Notes: generated by a model not told the origin, from the letters alone. DNA of 63,078 bases, filler included, from 13 parts of 13 records of this genome joined end to end with filler, not necessarily neighbours in it; one strand, 5' to 3'. Shown: positions 1 to 11,847, numbered from the whole stretch's first letter. Translations and numbers: made by a program.

Positions 1-322
1 TTTTTGGTGAAATCCTGAGAATCGATCCTTGTTTGGTGAACACTCGTCTTACCGGGAACGAACGGGATGTCAGATTATGCAATCCGGTTATCAACGTACA
101 TGTAACCCGGGGCGTGGGAGGGGTGCCCACAGTTCTCAGTATCTCAGCAGTGAGTTTTCCGTACTCAACGAATCCAACCCAGCCGGAGCCGCCAATCGAG
201 CCAATCGAGCCAACGCCCGCGAGCAGCGCTGCTGGGCACAGCGGCTTCCATCCGCAAACGGCAGACCTTGGCACGCAGTATCGTAGCGGCAGCCCTGCAC
301 CGGCCCTCGCAGCTAGGCGCCG

Positions 323-1869
323 ATGGGCGTGCACCCGCAGCCCGAGCACAAGCAGCCCTCTCGCTGGGTGCTCGGGCTGCTGGTGCTCGGCTCGTTGCTG
401 GGGCGCGCGCGTGCACCACACGCAGACACACCGAGAGTGCAGCAGGCGGACGGCCAGTGGCGCTGCCCGAGCATCACTCGCCCAACCATCTATGGAGAGG
501 TCACCCTGGAGTGTAGTGGGCGCGGCCCGTGCAACCGGCAGACGGGCGAGTGCCAGTGTCAGAACGGCGCGCATTGGGCAGAATGGCAGGTGCAGCCGGA
601 GAACCTTCACCCAAGAACCGAGAATGGCTCAAACTGCGGCGTCAACGCCGGCGAGGCCACAGGTAGCGATCTCGCACGCCACCAAGTCTACCTGGTCGTG
701 CTGTTCACCGTCGAGTTCGTGAGCTGCTGGTGGCTTTTCGGGCCTCCGCTTCCGTCGGTGCTGGCAAAAGTGCTCCCGCCACCGCCTCCACAAGTCAGAC
801 GGCTTAGGAATCAGCCGTGGATCCTCCCCAAGTTTGCGGCGGTGTCAGCCTGTGCAACTCTGTGTGCCACGATCCTGTCTTCAATCTTCGCTGGTGCTGA
901 CTGCGACTGCTACTGGCTGGCTGACTTCAACCGGTGCGACTTTGGCCCATCCTTCACCTTTCATCTTCATACGTGTGCCTAATTTTTTCCGTACGGCGGG
1001 GAGCCAGGTACCAAACCATAAGCGCCCTCGCGGAGCACCCTCCAATGACTGTGATCACGCCACTCGGCGTGCTTGTCTCGAGCTACCTCCTCACAGCTGC
1101 AACATGGCTGACGGTAGACCGCGCCCTGGCTTTGCCATGTTACGCGCACCCGCTCAGCCGTGCTGGCATGTGGAGCTGGGCATTCGTCGCGTGGAACAGT
1201 TCGTTGTGGGGCATCGGTGTCAACGTGCGAGTGCTTCCTCAGCGACGCCACTGGTCGTGATTTGCACTGCGAGGTCTCACGGCTTCAGCGCTGATGTGCA
1301 TAATTTCTGTTTGCAGGTGTTTTTCAACGAAAGCTGGGACCACGATACACATATTAGCCTCAGCTATTTCTGTAAGTGTTTCTCTTCGCGTGGCAACGGC
1401 AGCTGGCTTTCCGTCATGTCGCTTCGTCCCGTCACCCTTTCTGTGACACGCTGGGATGCAATGCTGTGACCGTGTGGCTGACTGTACCGCGACAGACTTC
1501 ACATTCGCCAGCCTGAACAATATTTTTCTTTTGCTAGCGCTCGCTCCGGAGCTCAAGTCCCTACATGCAGAACACTTCAGAGACAGCAACAACCTCATCG
1601 GTGACCTGTTCAAACTAGCAACTGCGCCGTCCAACTCAGCTAAGGTAGCGTTTCACGCGGCATGGGCAAGCCCTTTCTTGGCGATTGTTTATCTCCAGGT
1701 CTATGGGTATAAAGACAAACCACACTGGGTCCTAGGGGTGTACGAGCACGCCATGAGTTTCTTCCAGATCATTTGTGCAGGCGTGGCGCTATGCTCTACG
1801 ATGCAGGAGGGCACTGCCAAGAAGGCGTCGGGCACTGCGTTGCTGCCGCTGGAGCACGAGCCACCGTAA
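323..1869 (+). CDS. Membrane protein with signal peptide, EGF-like domain and a Frag1/DRAM/Sfk1-like multi-TM region (4 exons)
   Basis: Exons 323-933, 1008-1224, 1317-1371 and 1496-1869 join in frame via GT-AG introns (934-1007, 1225-1316, 1372-1495). EGF-like 'ECSGRGPCNRQTGECQCQNG'. Hydrophobic segments 'YQTISALAEHPP', 'HDTHISLSYFYFTF' and 'GVYEHAMSFF' resemble Frag1/DRAM family motifs. The family call is tentative. Confidence 0.6.
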
Positions 1870-1988
1870 CAACCCCGTACGAGCCGCCGCAAATGCAACT
1901 GTTTGTGGGTGTTCATGATTATTCAGCCACAACATCAGCTTCGTGGATCTACCAACTCGTCTAGACCGCGATCACGTGCTTGCAGGCA

Positions 1989-4900
1989 TCAAAGCCAGTT
2001 CTGGACTTTTGATATTGCCAGTTCTTGATCGATCTTGATTCGCTTTAGCGGCTCGTCCGCGCTATCTCGACGATCCCGGTGGAGAGAGGACGACGAACTG
2101 GCTCGCTTCTCAGATCGCACGCCTGCTTCCCCTCCTTCTCCGTTGCCTCCCTGCTCACCGTCTGGTCCCTGTGCCGCGACCCGATCAGCGCCGTCCTGTA
2201 CAACATCCGCTGTGGCTGCTTTCTCGACGAACGTAGTCGCAATCATCTCCAGTTTTCCGTCAGTGAGCTGCCGGCTTGCTGATTTCTCCCTCTGCATCGC
2301 AGCATCCACGACAGCCTTGGCCACCCGTTTGTACTGCTTGCGGTTGATGCGTCCAGAATCTAACGCGGCCTTAATCACCGCCCGCGTCTTAGCCAGAATG
2401 GCTGCTTTACGGTCCGCCCGCTCCTTCATCGACTGGTGCCCTGATTCTGATTCTGACTGTGCCTGTACGCCTGCGGCACTCACGTTACTCTGAACAGCGC
2501 TACCTGCATCGTCATGCGTAAGATCCACTCGGGTAGGTGGTCTAACGCTTGCCGCAGCGTTCACCCCGCTGATGCCAGCAACACGTGTTAGGTCCACTTG
2601 GTTAGGTCTACCGTTCGCCACACCATTCACCCCGTTGATACCGGCAGCACCGGCTGAAAGTGACGGGAGAGGCGGGGGACCACCACCATCTGGAGAAACG
2701 AATGGAGGGGGCGGCCCAACTTTAGGAGGCACGGATGTGGAGGTGTCGCCAGTGCTGCTCGGTCGATGCAGCCACGTGCCAGGAGGTGGTGGTCGCAGCG
2801 GAGCGCCGCCGAAACCAGACTGCGTTCCGATAGCTGGACGCTTTGCTGGTGGCATCTGCTCTCCAGAGTTGGTTTGGACCGGTGAGCGCGAGCGAGCTGA
2901 GCGGTAACTACGGTCGTTCGCAGATACGGCTCCGCCACCTTGTCCACCCCAGCCACTCCACTTGCTGCTGGAAGGCTTGACCGGTTCACTGTGAAGAGGC
3001 GATGTTCTCCCGCCTTCATTTGAACTGTAGTGTGCCCGGTGGGGTTGAGTGGCACCATAATTGTCTCTGCCGCCGCTATCCAGACCAAACTCGTGCTGCC
3101 ATGTGGCAACTTGCATTTCAATCGCCGCCTTGCATCGCAACATACCATCCCCAGTACCTTGGGTCAGAGTGACCTTGCGGCCGGGCGCGCCGATTGTCAT
3201 TTCGTGTTCTTTTTCGACATGGATCTTCACGCCCGTATCGGCTGTCAGTGCATTGATGTTTTGCCCTTGTCTGCCGATTAATCGTTTCACAAAATCGTTC
3301 GGGACATGCAGAACTGGCGGACTGTTCGGAACAGGCAGAGTATTTGAGTCTGTCGCATCAGCAGGGCGACTCGCGTCTCTCTGATCGTGTCCCTTATCAT
3401 CGCGTTTTCTATCCCTGTCGCGGCCCCTGTCCCTGTCGCGATCCCTGTCACGGCCCCTGTCCCTGTCGCGGTCACGGTCGCGGTCACGGTCGCGGTCCCT
3501 GTCTCTGTCGCGGGCCCGGTCCCTGTCGCGCGTCCCGTATTGTTCACGATGGTCGCGATCATCCCAACGATGACCACGAACATCCCAGCCGCCCCGTGCA
3601 CGTGAACCCACCTTTTCATCTGCTCTGTAGTCGCGACGAAATCCTGTATCACCTTCGCGCGACTGGTCACGACCAACATTGTCATGTACATTAACGTGCA
3701 AGTTCTCACGCCGTGGGATCCTCGCAGGCTTCACCTGGATCTCTGCCGACACCACCGCCGTCTCAGGTGGTCCCGGCCCACTGTCTGGTAGGGGACTCAC
3801 TTGTTGGGTGGAGTCAGTCGGAGATTGGCCTGCACCATCTGACGAGTCCTCATTATGACTGCTGCCCAAGCTGCGACGATCGGCTGATATGTTCGATGTG
3901 GCATCATTATCCTGCTGTTCAGCAGGCTTGCTCGTGCTCTGGTAGACTGTTCCACCCTGGCCGTCATCTTGCTGATGTGGTTCGCTGCCATTAGAATTCG
4001 CCTCGGTTTGAGAGTCACCCCAGCCGCCGCCAGTGAACAGCTCTACATTGCACTCCTCTCCTTCTAGTGCCGTTGCGGCCTCGATCTGGCTCGCATCTTG
4101 TTCCTCAGCTTCGTCTTCTGATAATGACATATCTTCCTGATCCTCACTTTCTGATGAAATTTGACTGCTACCTTCGTCTTGGTCTGCATCCGTTGGCTTC
4201 ACTGTTGCCCTCTCTGCCTCGAAGTCACGCGATGCTGCTGCTGCTTCTGCGGCCTGTTTGAGCATACGCTTCTTCAATCCACCGGCTTGTGCTGTTGGTG
4301 AAGGATGCACAACGGGCGACTCCTCAGGCTGCACGATATTCAGTCCAATTTGACCCTTTTCGGCTTCTATGTCTTCAGAACTCTTGCTTTGCTCACCATC
4401 CTCGTCGTCCTCACTGTCCTTATTGTCCTCATTGTCTTCTGCACGCTTTGATTTCCGTTTGGGCGCAACAGGACGGCTGCTCGTCCGCTTGGCTGTGGTA
4501 CGACTTTTTGCTTTGTCCGACGCAGCACGAGACTGACCTCGGCCTCCTCTGCCCGTTGCACCACGTCCACGGCCAGATTTTGCCGGGGTGGGACAATCAT
4601 TTTCGTCAACACTGCTGTCATCTTCTGTCTCCTTGCTGGAATTAGACGAAACCACCCGAGCGGCCCGCCCACGACCCCGTCCCCTGCCGTTGCCTCGAGC
4701 ATTGCTAGTCTTCATAGAGGACCTCCCTCTACCCTTGCTCTTACTACTTGTGTTCGACACTGCTTTTGCTCCACGTTTGTTCTCAGGAGCCTTTTTGGCA
4801 TTTTTGCCCTTGGCCGCTGCCTTCGTTGACTTGGAGTCTCCTTCATCCATATCCATTTTTGTGAACAAGTATGTCGCAGCTGCGTCAGCAGAGACTGCAT

Positions 4901-5826
4901 CTGTGGCCGCGACTGCTTCGGCAGCCCGATCCTCCTCGAAACCCATCTCTTGCACGAGGTATTCAATCATCCTATGTCGCGGAGACCGAGGCTCATATGT
5001 CTCTGCTTCTTCGTCGCTTGTCTTGTCAGAACCGCCGTCACTTGCTTCGTCACTGGGATACACAGCCTGAAAGTAAGCATCCATAGCAGCCTGATCGAAC
5101 TCCATTTCACCTTCGCTTTCATCATCACCTTGTGATGCCGACTCTTTCTTCCCCCCACGGCTACCACGGCCACTGCGAGACCCTCGACCCCTTCCTCGTG
5201 TAGGCTTGGACGCCTGTGCAGCAGCAGCGCGACCACGCCCTCTGCCACTTGTTGGCTTAGCGGCCACATCCTCGGTTTTTTCCTCCTTGTCGCTCGTAGA
5301 ACCTTTCGCTGCGCTTTTGCGTGGCTGCGCTGCAGATTTCTCCCTTTTCTGGGCAAGAAGCTGTGACACCGATGGCTTCGCAGGCCTGTCTTTCTTGCAC
5401 TGTTTCACCGCTGCCTGGAAGCGCTCATGCAGCTTGTGCTTCTCACCTACAAAGGCCTTTAACTCGGCAAATGATGCCTCGAACTCCCGTAGAGCGGTCG
5501 TTTTGTCCTGCATCCACCCAACCGTTGGGGGATCATCGTAGAACTTCACGTGAAACTCTTCTTCCTCATGCTGCCCTTTGCGAGGCGCCCGCATTCTGAC
5601 ACATTGATCGGTCGCCTCATTAGCACATATGCGAGCTGGCCACCATGGGAAGCCTTTGACACGTGCCCACACCCGCTCACCTTCACGTGGATGTCGAGGT
5701 TCTGGCTCACGCGCCGACTCGGGTGAGGCAGCTGCATCTGGTGTGTTTTGCGCGCCCCGGTCGTTCTTGCCGCGACCTCGACCTCGACCTCGACCTCGAC
5801 CGCGACCGCGACCGCGACCGCGACCG
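1989..5826 (-). CDS. PWWP domain + UBA-like + RD repeat + KH domain + C-terminal SRI-like protein (5' truncated by contig end)
   Basis: The frame is open to the contig edge (RGRGRG...ERVWARVKGFPWWPARIC). UBA-like 'LVQEMGFEEDRAAEAVAATDAVSADAAATYLF'; (RD)n tract; KH 'LHVPNDFVKRLIGRQGQNINALTADTGVKIHV'; C-terminal 'VIKAALDSGRINRKQYKRVAKAVVD'. Confidence 0.85.
3410..3540 (-). repeat. Coding hexamer repeat encoding an Arg-Asp (RD)n tract
   Basis: Tandem cggtca/cggtcg/cctgtc units translating to DRDRDRDRDR. Confidence 0.9.
5771..5826. repeat. (CGACCT/CGACCG)n hexamer microsatellite at contig end, encoding RG repeats on the minus strand
   Basis: Directly visible; runs into the N spacer. Confidence 0.9.
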
Positions 5827-5926
5827 NNNNNNNNNNNNNNNNNNNNNNNNNNNNNNNNNNNNNNNNNNNNTTAATTAATTAANNNNNNNNNNNNNNNNNN
5901 NNNNNNNNNNNNNNNNNNNNNNNNNN
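5827..5926. other. Artificial contig-joining spacer
   Basis: N44-TTAATTAATTAA-N44, which gives stops in all six frames. Confidence 0.99.
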
Positions 5927-6298
5927 TGGAATTATGAATGCAGTATGAAAAAGTCAGACATACACAGGAAACAAGTACCGTACGACTTGCTGATCGCGAG
6001 GCGCCTCGCATCACGCATGCATATGCCCAGGTCGCATGCGCGCCCGGCGCGGCGTTTTTCGTTTAAATGCCCAAGTGAGGTTGCGGTGGGCACCCGTGCG
6101 GTACCGCGGTACCGGCCCAGCGCCGGCGACACCGCGAGGGGTGCGTGTCGCGCGCCGCTCCGTCACCCTGCACCGACGATGGGGCTGTCTCGCTATAGCG
6201 CGAGCTGATTCAAAACCTGTCCACTGCGTGCTACGCGTCCGTACCGGGCGTCGCGCGCCCTCCAACGAACAGAGCACGGACGTCGGCGATAGAATTAC

Positions 6299-8809
6299 AT
6301 GCGTGTACTGGTGTGCGCCGTGCTCGTCGTCGGGTGCTGCCTGCTCTTGCCTGCGCCGGCGAGTGGTGGCACGAGGCGGAAACGCGCGACGCCCCTCGGG
6401 GTGGAGCAGGCGCAGGGACTGCTGGCGGAGGGGCTCGCGAAAAAGCGGATGGTGAAGGGGCGGATCGACGCGTCGAACGTGCATATCGTCGAGGAAGCTG
6501 TTGCTATTTTCGAAGCGGCCCTGGCGGTGTACGAGGCGGCGCTGCCTGGAGGTACGCCTGCGAACTGTGTGCTAGGACCAGTGCGCTCTGCGGGTCCGGT
6601 CTCAACGCGCGCGCACATCTACACTGTTGCTGCAGGTCGTGATGAAGCCAAACCGCCCGGCCTGCCGGTGGACACCTTCATTGACGTGGAAGGGCGGGGG
6701 CATGGACGCGTGATCGCGTTCAACTCCTACTGGACCGTCGCAGACACGCACAGCGTCGAGTTTCCAGATGGTGAAGTCGACGAGCTCGACCTGCAGAGCG
6801 AGATCTGGACAGTGCGCACCTACACTGACGGCGCAGCGCCAGAGCCAGTTTGGGACGACCCTGGGACCACCATCCTGGAAGAACTCGCCGGTGCACTGTA
6901 TCACTTGGGCAATGCGAGAAAAGAGATGGCCGGCGGTAGCCTCATTGACTACACGAGGAAGCCAGGCCACTCAGAGGGAAAGCAGGCAGCCGATTTATTT
7001 GGCAAGCTCGAGTCAGTTGTGCGCGGACCGAAGCGCGAGAGTGCCGCAGCTCAGACTGCCGCCAAGCGCCAGGCGGAATGCTACATGATGATGGACGACT
7101 TTGTTGCAGCCCGACCCGTGTGGTCACGCTACTTTCAGTACAAGGCCAAAGGAGACGTCACGAAACTTGACCCGGTAGAACGTACAGACATGCTCATGAG
7201 CTTCCTGGCTTCACATGACGCGGCTGAGATGGAGTTCGCGGTGCGCCTGTTTGATGCCGCGTTGCGGCTGAGGGAACTTTCTTACGACAAACGGAACCAA
7301 AAGCACATGCGTGTGCACTCTCTCGTCAACATGCGCCTCCATGAGCTGGTTGCACATTACAACGCTGCGACGGCCAGTGGCGAAGAGGCTGTTGTCGCCG
7401 GTGCCGCCGCGAAATCCGTCAAGTACTCTGACCTTATCGAAATGCAGTGGAAAAATATGGACCGCGCCTTTCCTTGGCGCCACAGGACTCAGACACCCAC
7501 CCGGTTTGATGCCTCGATCGACCCAGCCGACAGCCCTCCTATGCCATGGCTAGACTGGGAGAGCGATCCAAACTTTGACGTGAGATCTTGCACGTGGGCC
7601 TACAGCTGTGTTGTGAGTGTTGTGAGTGTTTCTGTTGATGATTCGTATTGGGGATTTGGGTCTTGCAGGTATGCAGAGAACTCGAGAGACACAAGGACGA
7701 CATCATTGCAGAGTACCGTGCGTACGTAGATGGTGACAGCAACGATGAACCGAAGCTTAAAAGTGTCAAGGAATGGCTCGCAGAAGCTACGGAGCTGAAT
7801 CAGGCAGGTGCTATTGCTGAGGACGAGATCGACGCAGCCATGGAGCATGACTCTCCTGCCGAAGCACTACGGACGCTGGTCGAGCTGGCCACAGAGACGA
7901 TCGAGCACACATCAGCGCAAACGAAATCAGCCGCTGAGGGAGCGACCACGTCACTGTTCACCGGAAATCACGCGGACATTAGCATCGTTGGGAGTGCCTC
8001 CGCAGAGAAGTGGCAGTATCTGTACGTCAAGCAGTCGGGGTCTAAGGGCAAGACAGGCCAGCTCGAGGATGAGACCTGCGTTCATTTTTCGAAGACCTGC
8101 GCCCTGCTTCGTTCTTTGCCTTCCGTAATGTGGATGTACAACGCTACGAGGTGTACAAACGGCGTTTGTCCCGTTCCTCCACGTACGATCAGCCCAAAGG
8201 AAGCGGCGCAACCCGCTGGTGTCGCTGCGTTCTATAAGCTAGCTCCGGGCACGGTGGTGCCCATGCACAACGGTCCCACAAACCAGCGGCTCAAGTGCCA
8301 GGTATAGTTTTGCAAGATCTCGTACATTTCACAAACAACCCGTGTCCTCCATTGCAGCAAATTACGGCAGTATTCCCAAGACTCACAGCCGTGTGCGTCG
8401 CTTGCAGCTTGGAGTAGATGTGCCGCCTGGCGTGCGGATCACGGTAGGCAACGTCACGCGTGAGTGGCGCCAAGGGGCAATCATGGCGTTCGACGATTCG
8501 TACCATCACTCTGTCGATGCAAGTCAAGCGGTACGCTCGCGCATCGCAAACGTTGTCTCAAAGCCCACGATGTGTGCATCTGCAAAACGCTGAAAATTGG
8601 TTTCCTATGTCCGAGCGCAGAAGGCCACGCGTGTCGTGTTTGATATTTCGTTCTGGCACCCGCGACTCGTACCGTCTCTGTTTCCATCGTTCGAGCATGA
8701 GTGTTGGGCAGGTGGGGGCGACAAGAGTGGAGATGGAGACGCATGTTGGGAGCTGCAACGGGCATCACGGGGTCAAGAGCACGACGTCCATCGCAAAGGC
8801 GAACTCTAA
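6299..8809 (+). CDS. Secreted or ER aspartyl/asparaginyl beta-hydroxylase-family 2OG-Fe(II) dioxygenase with TPR-like helical region (4 exons)
   Basis: Signal peptide MRVLVCAVLVVGCCLLLPAPASG. Exons 6299-7579, 7669-8301, 8408-8530, 8621-8809. Spliced catalytic motifs 'LAPGTVVPMHNGPTNQRLKCQLG', 'REWRQGAIMAFDDSYHHSV' and 'RVVFDISFWHP'. Confidence 0.88.
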
Positions 8810-9086
8810 CTCAAAGGGTCACGTGCACTAGGTCTACCAGACGCGAGGCGTCCTTGTGATCTTTCGACAATACTGTTCCTTCGACTGCATCAGTCCTGTG
8901 AAGTAGCGTTCGGTGCTACCACTGCCGCACCGGTGATGGCAGCGATCCAGTCCGCAATGATTTCGCTAGTGGATACAATGTACATGTTGGCAGTTCTCAT
9001 ACTCGCGTTTTCACACTCAGTAGTCGAATCATGCTACTTGAAGGTATGGTTTTGCGGCCCGACGAGAGCCCTCTAGCAATATCAAC

Positions 9087-9117
9087 AGTGACACAGGGCA
9101 TAAGGCCTTATGCCCTG
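9087..9117. repeat. Palindromic dispersed element AGTGACA-CAGGGCATAAGG/CCTTATGCCCTG (copy 1, truncated by contig end)
   Basis: Perfect 24-bp palindrome at 9094-9117; related copies at 32972-32999 and 44687-44703. Confidence 0.85.
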
Positions 9118-9217
9118 NNNNNNNNNNNNNNNNNNNNNNNNNNNNNNNNNNNNNNNNNNNNTTAATTAATTAANNNNNNNNNNNNNNNNNNNNNNNNNNN
9201 NNNNNNNNNNNNNNNNN
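9118..9217. other. Artificial contig-joining spacer
   Basis: N44-TTAATTAATTAA-N44. Confidence 0.99.
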
Positions 9218-9716
9218 GGATATTACAAACTCGTATGCATCGAATGTCTAAATAGATGATCTGATCAGGGCAAATTCGAAAATGCAAAATTGAAACACTC
9301 GAGAGAGTCAACGTTGGCCGTGCGCGTGGGCCGCCGCGCCGCCGCCGGGTGTCCGCGGCGCCCGCGGCGGCTCTCGCCAGTCGCATTCGCGTGCGCCGCC
9401 GTTGGCATTCGGATTTGTCGCATTTGATTCGCTCGCGCGCCCAGCGCTGCTGCCGCTGCGATTCTCAAGCGGACGTTGTGTGCCACGCAGTCCACACAGG
9501 CCGCCTTATCTAGGATATCCTTCAGGTGCGCCTGTTTCGCCCAGTCGATCCGTCCCATATTGTGCATGGCGACGAACGAAAGGGTGTTTTAACGCACCCA
9601 TGCCACGTCGCTCATACTCGCTCATGCAGTGTATACGATTTCGGAGTGACTGGGAGATTGACGGCAGCGATTTGACGCCACAGAGAGCCGGAAAGTGACA
9701 GTACGGATCAGCTGGA

Positions 9717-9862
9717 TGGTGGCGAACTGAGCGGTGCGACGTGCGTGCACATTACCACCTGCTCTCCGTCTCTCAGTGTGACCGACATGCATGCGCTGAG
9801 TACGCGTCGTTCTCAAATGCCATGTGCGGTGTTGCGGCAGATAGTGGGCGGGTTTCTAGCCC
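9717..9862 (+). pseudogene. Degenerate duplicated fragment of the downstream SLC25 carrier gene (exon 2 end, intron 2, exon 3 start)
   Basis: Aligns by eye with 11039-11185 (tggtggcgaactgagcggtgcgacgtgcgtgcacattaccacctgctc vs tggtggcgcactgagcggtgtgacgtgcgtgcacatcaccacctgctc; shared tcaaatgccatgtgcg). Confidence 0.8.
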
Positions 9863-10274
9863 GGTGCTCTGCTAGGAGGCGATGAAGAGCAGCGGCGAAG
9901 CCTAGGCGCGAGCGGTAGCGGGAGTTGTGTGGGAGAGCGTGCCAGGGCAGGGACTTTGTCGTCATTCGATTTGTGTTGAGCGCCATTTGATTGCCGCCAC
10001 ACGGTCGGTGCTGTGCAGTGTCCGGGGCACCGTTGAGTGGGGTTTTGATGGTTCTGCGGTAGTGCGTGGGGGCCTGGGCGTAGCTATTTCGTGGGCGGGC
10101 ATGGGCTCGATGTAGAGAGAGGGTACGAGAACCGAGGCGTGGCACCGCGCATCCAGCGGATGGGGTTCTGGCGACTCGCTTAATCGGCGTCGCAGACACG
10201 CTGAGGGCTCGTCGGAGCCAACTGCGGACCCATCGATTGGCTCAGCAGCAGTAGTTCCTTCCGAGGCTATTCAG

Positions 10275-11559
10275 ATGGCGGAAAATGCGGTTGACTTCAT
10301 CGCCGGGACAGGCGGCGGGTTCCTTGGCAAGCTGTTCGACTACCCGTTCGACACAGTCAAAGTGCTGCTGCAGACACAAGACGTGGTTGGCTACAAAGGC
10401 CCAAAGTACACCGGTGCAATTCACTGTCTTAAGCACACGGTCGAAACGGGAGGCGTGTTGAGCCTGTACAAAGGGATCTCGAGCCCGCTCCTCGGCTCGA
10501 TGGCAGAGAATGCCGTGCTCTTCCTGTCTTACGGCATCTTCAAAAACTTGCTTGGCGGGCAGGAAGCAGCTGCGAGAGGAGAGGATCTGAGCCTGTTTCG
10601 GCTATCCCTGGCGGGTGCGGGCGCAGGAGCCGTGGTACCGTGCGTGCTGACACCGGTCGAGCTGATAAAATGCCGGCTGCAGGTGCAGAACTCCATCAAC
10701 ACGCGTTTCCGAGCGTACACGGTGCGCATCCGTTCATGCGCATTTTACCGCACGTAGTATTCGAGTATCGCGCAGCATAGCGCGTCGCGAGCAACGCTGT
10801 ACAGCCTCGCATCAATATGTTTGCCATGGCATGTTGCATTGTAGAGCCCCATCGACTGCTTGATCCAGACCGTCCGCCAGGAGGGTATTGCTAACGGTTT
10901 ATACAAAGGCAACGCTGCGATGCTGCTACGAGAGATCCCGGGCAACTTCGCGTGGTACGGCGTCTACGAGGGCACATGCAAGGCACTCATCCCACCCGGT
11001 GGCTCAAAGAAGGACCTTGGGCCTCAGGTGCACCTACTTGGTGGCGCACTGAGCGGTGTGACGTGCGTGCACATCACCACCTGCTCCCCGCGTCTCAGTG
11101 AGACCGTACCGGGTGCGTCATTTGCTGTGTACTCGTTCAAATGCCATGTGCGCTTTTGCGACAGGTATTGGACGGCTTTCTACCCTGCAGACACCATAAA
11201 GTCGTACATCCAGACCGACCCACGCTTCAGTTCCTCCTCCATATACCAGGTTGGAAAAGGCATTTACAAGGAGCACGGGCTGTCTGGACTTTACAGAGGA
11301 TGGGTACGTAACGCACAGCTGCAAAGCACCTACCCCCATCTCTCCATCACAACGATGCTGTCTCGTCAGACCTGTCGGTGCGAGGCCTGGCATGTCGCCA
11401 GATGGTATCGAATGCTGCTGCTCACATTCCACACCCGTGCGCTACGTCATCCTTTAGGGCGTGACGGTTGCGCGAGCGGCCCCGGCGCATGCTCTAATCT
11501 TTGCGAGCTACGAGGCGATTTCGTCAGTGCTGATCAGTAGCAGCGCGGGGGAAGCTTAG
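10275..11559 (+). CDS. Mitochondrial carrier (SLC25), ornithine/carnitine/basic amino acid carrier-like (4 exons)
   Basis: Exons 10275-10721, 10845-11062, 11165-11303, 11458-11559. Three Px[DE]xx[KR] signatures (PFDTVK, PVELIKCRLQ, PADTIK), plus 'LREIPGNFAWYGVYE' and 'RAAPAHALIFASYE'. Confidence 0.93.
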
Positions 11560-11847
11560 GGGTCGGCGGCAAGCAGCGGTGCGCAGTTGCATAAGTCGTC
11601 ACCGCACGGCCTGAGTTGGTAGAAGACTGACCTCTGTCCACTCGATCGACGCCAATATGCTTATATTGTACAAGCAACGGCCAGAGGAATGCGCTATGCG
11701 ACCTGAGGCGGGGCTGCCTAGATGGCATTGTGGGGTTACGGGCCGTAGATGAGCTAGACAGATTATAAGTATATAAGCGGACCGTAGCTGTACACTATCT
11801 TGCTAAGGTAAAACCGATGGTAAGTATTCTAGAAGTCAGACGCTTCG

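Noticed and set aside
33-722. 229-aa + strand ORF with 'QPEPPIEPIEP'
   Set aside because: Non-ATG start, overlaps the better-supported gene at 323 in another frame, and shows no domain evidence.
2035-5599. Many overlapping antisense and alternate-frame ORFs from the ORF track, here and throughout the window
   Set aside because: Shadow ORFs expected in GC-rich coding DNA; no recognisable motifs.
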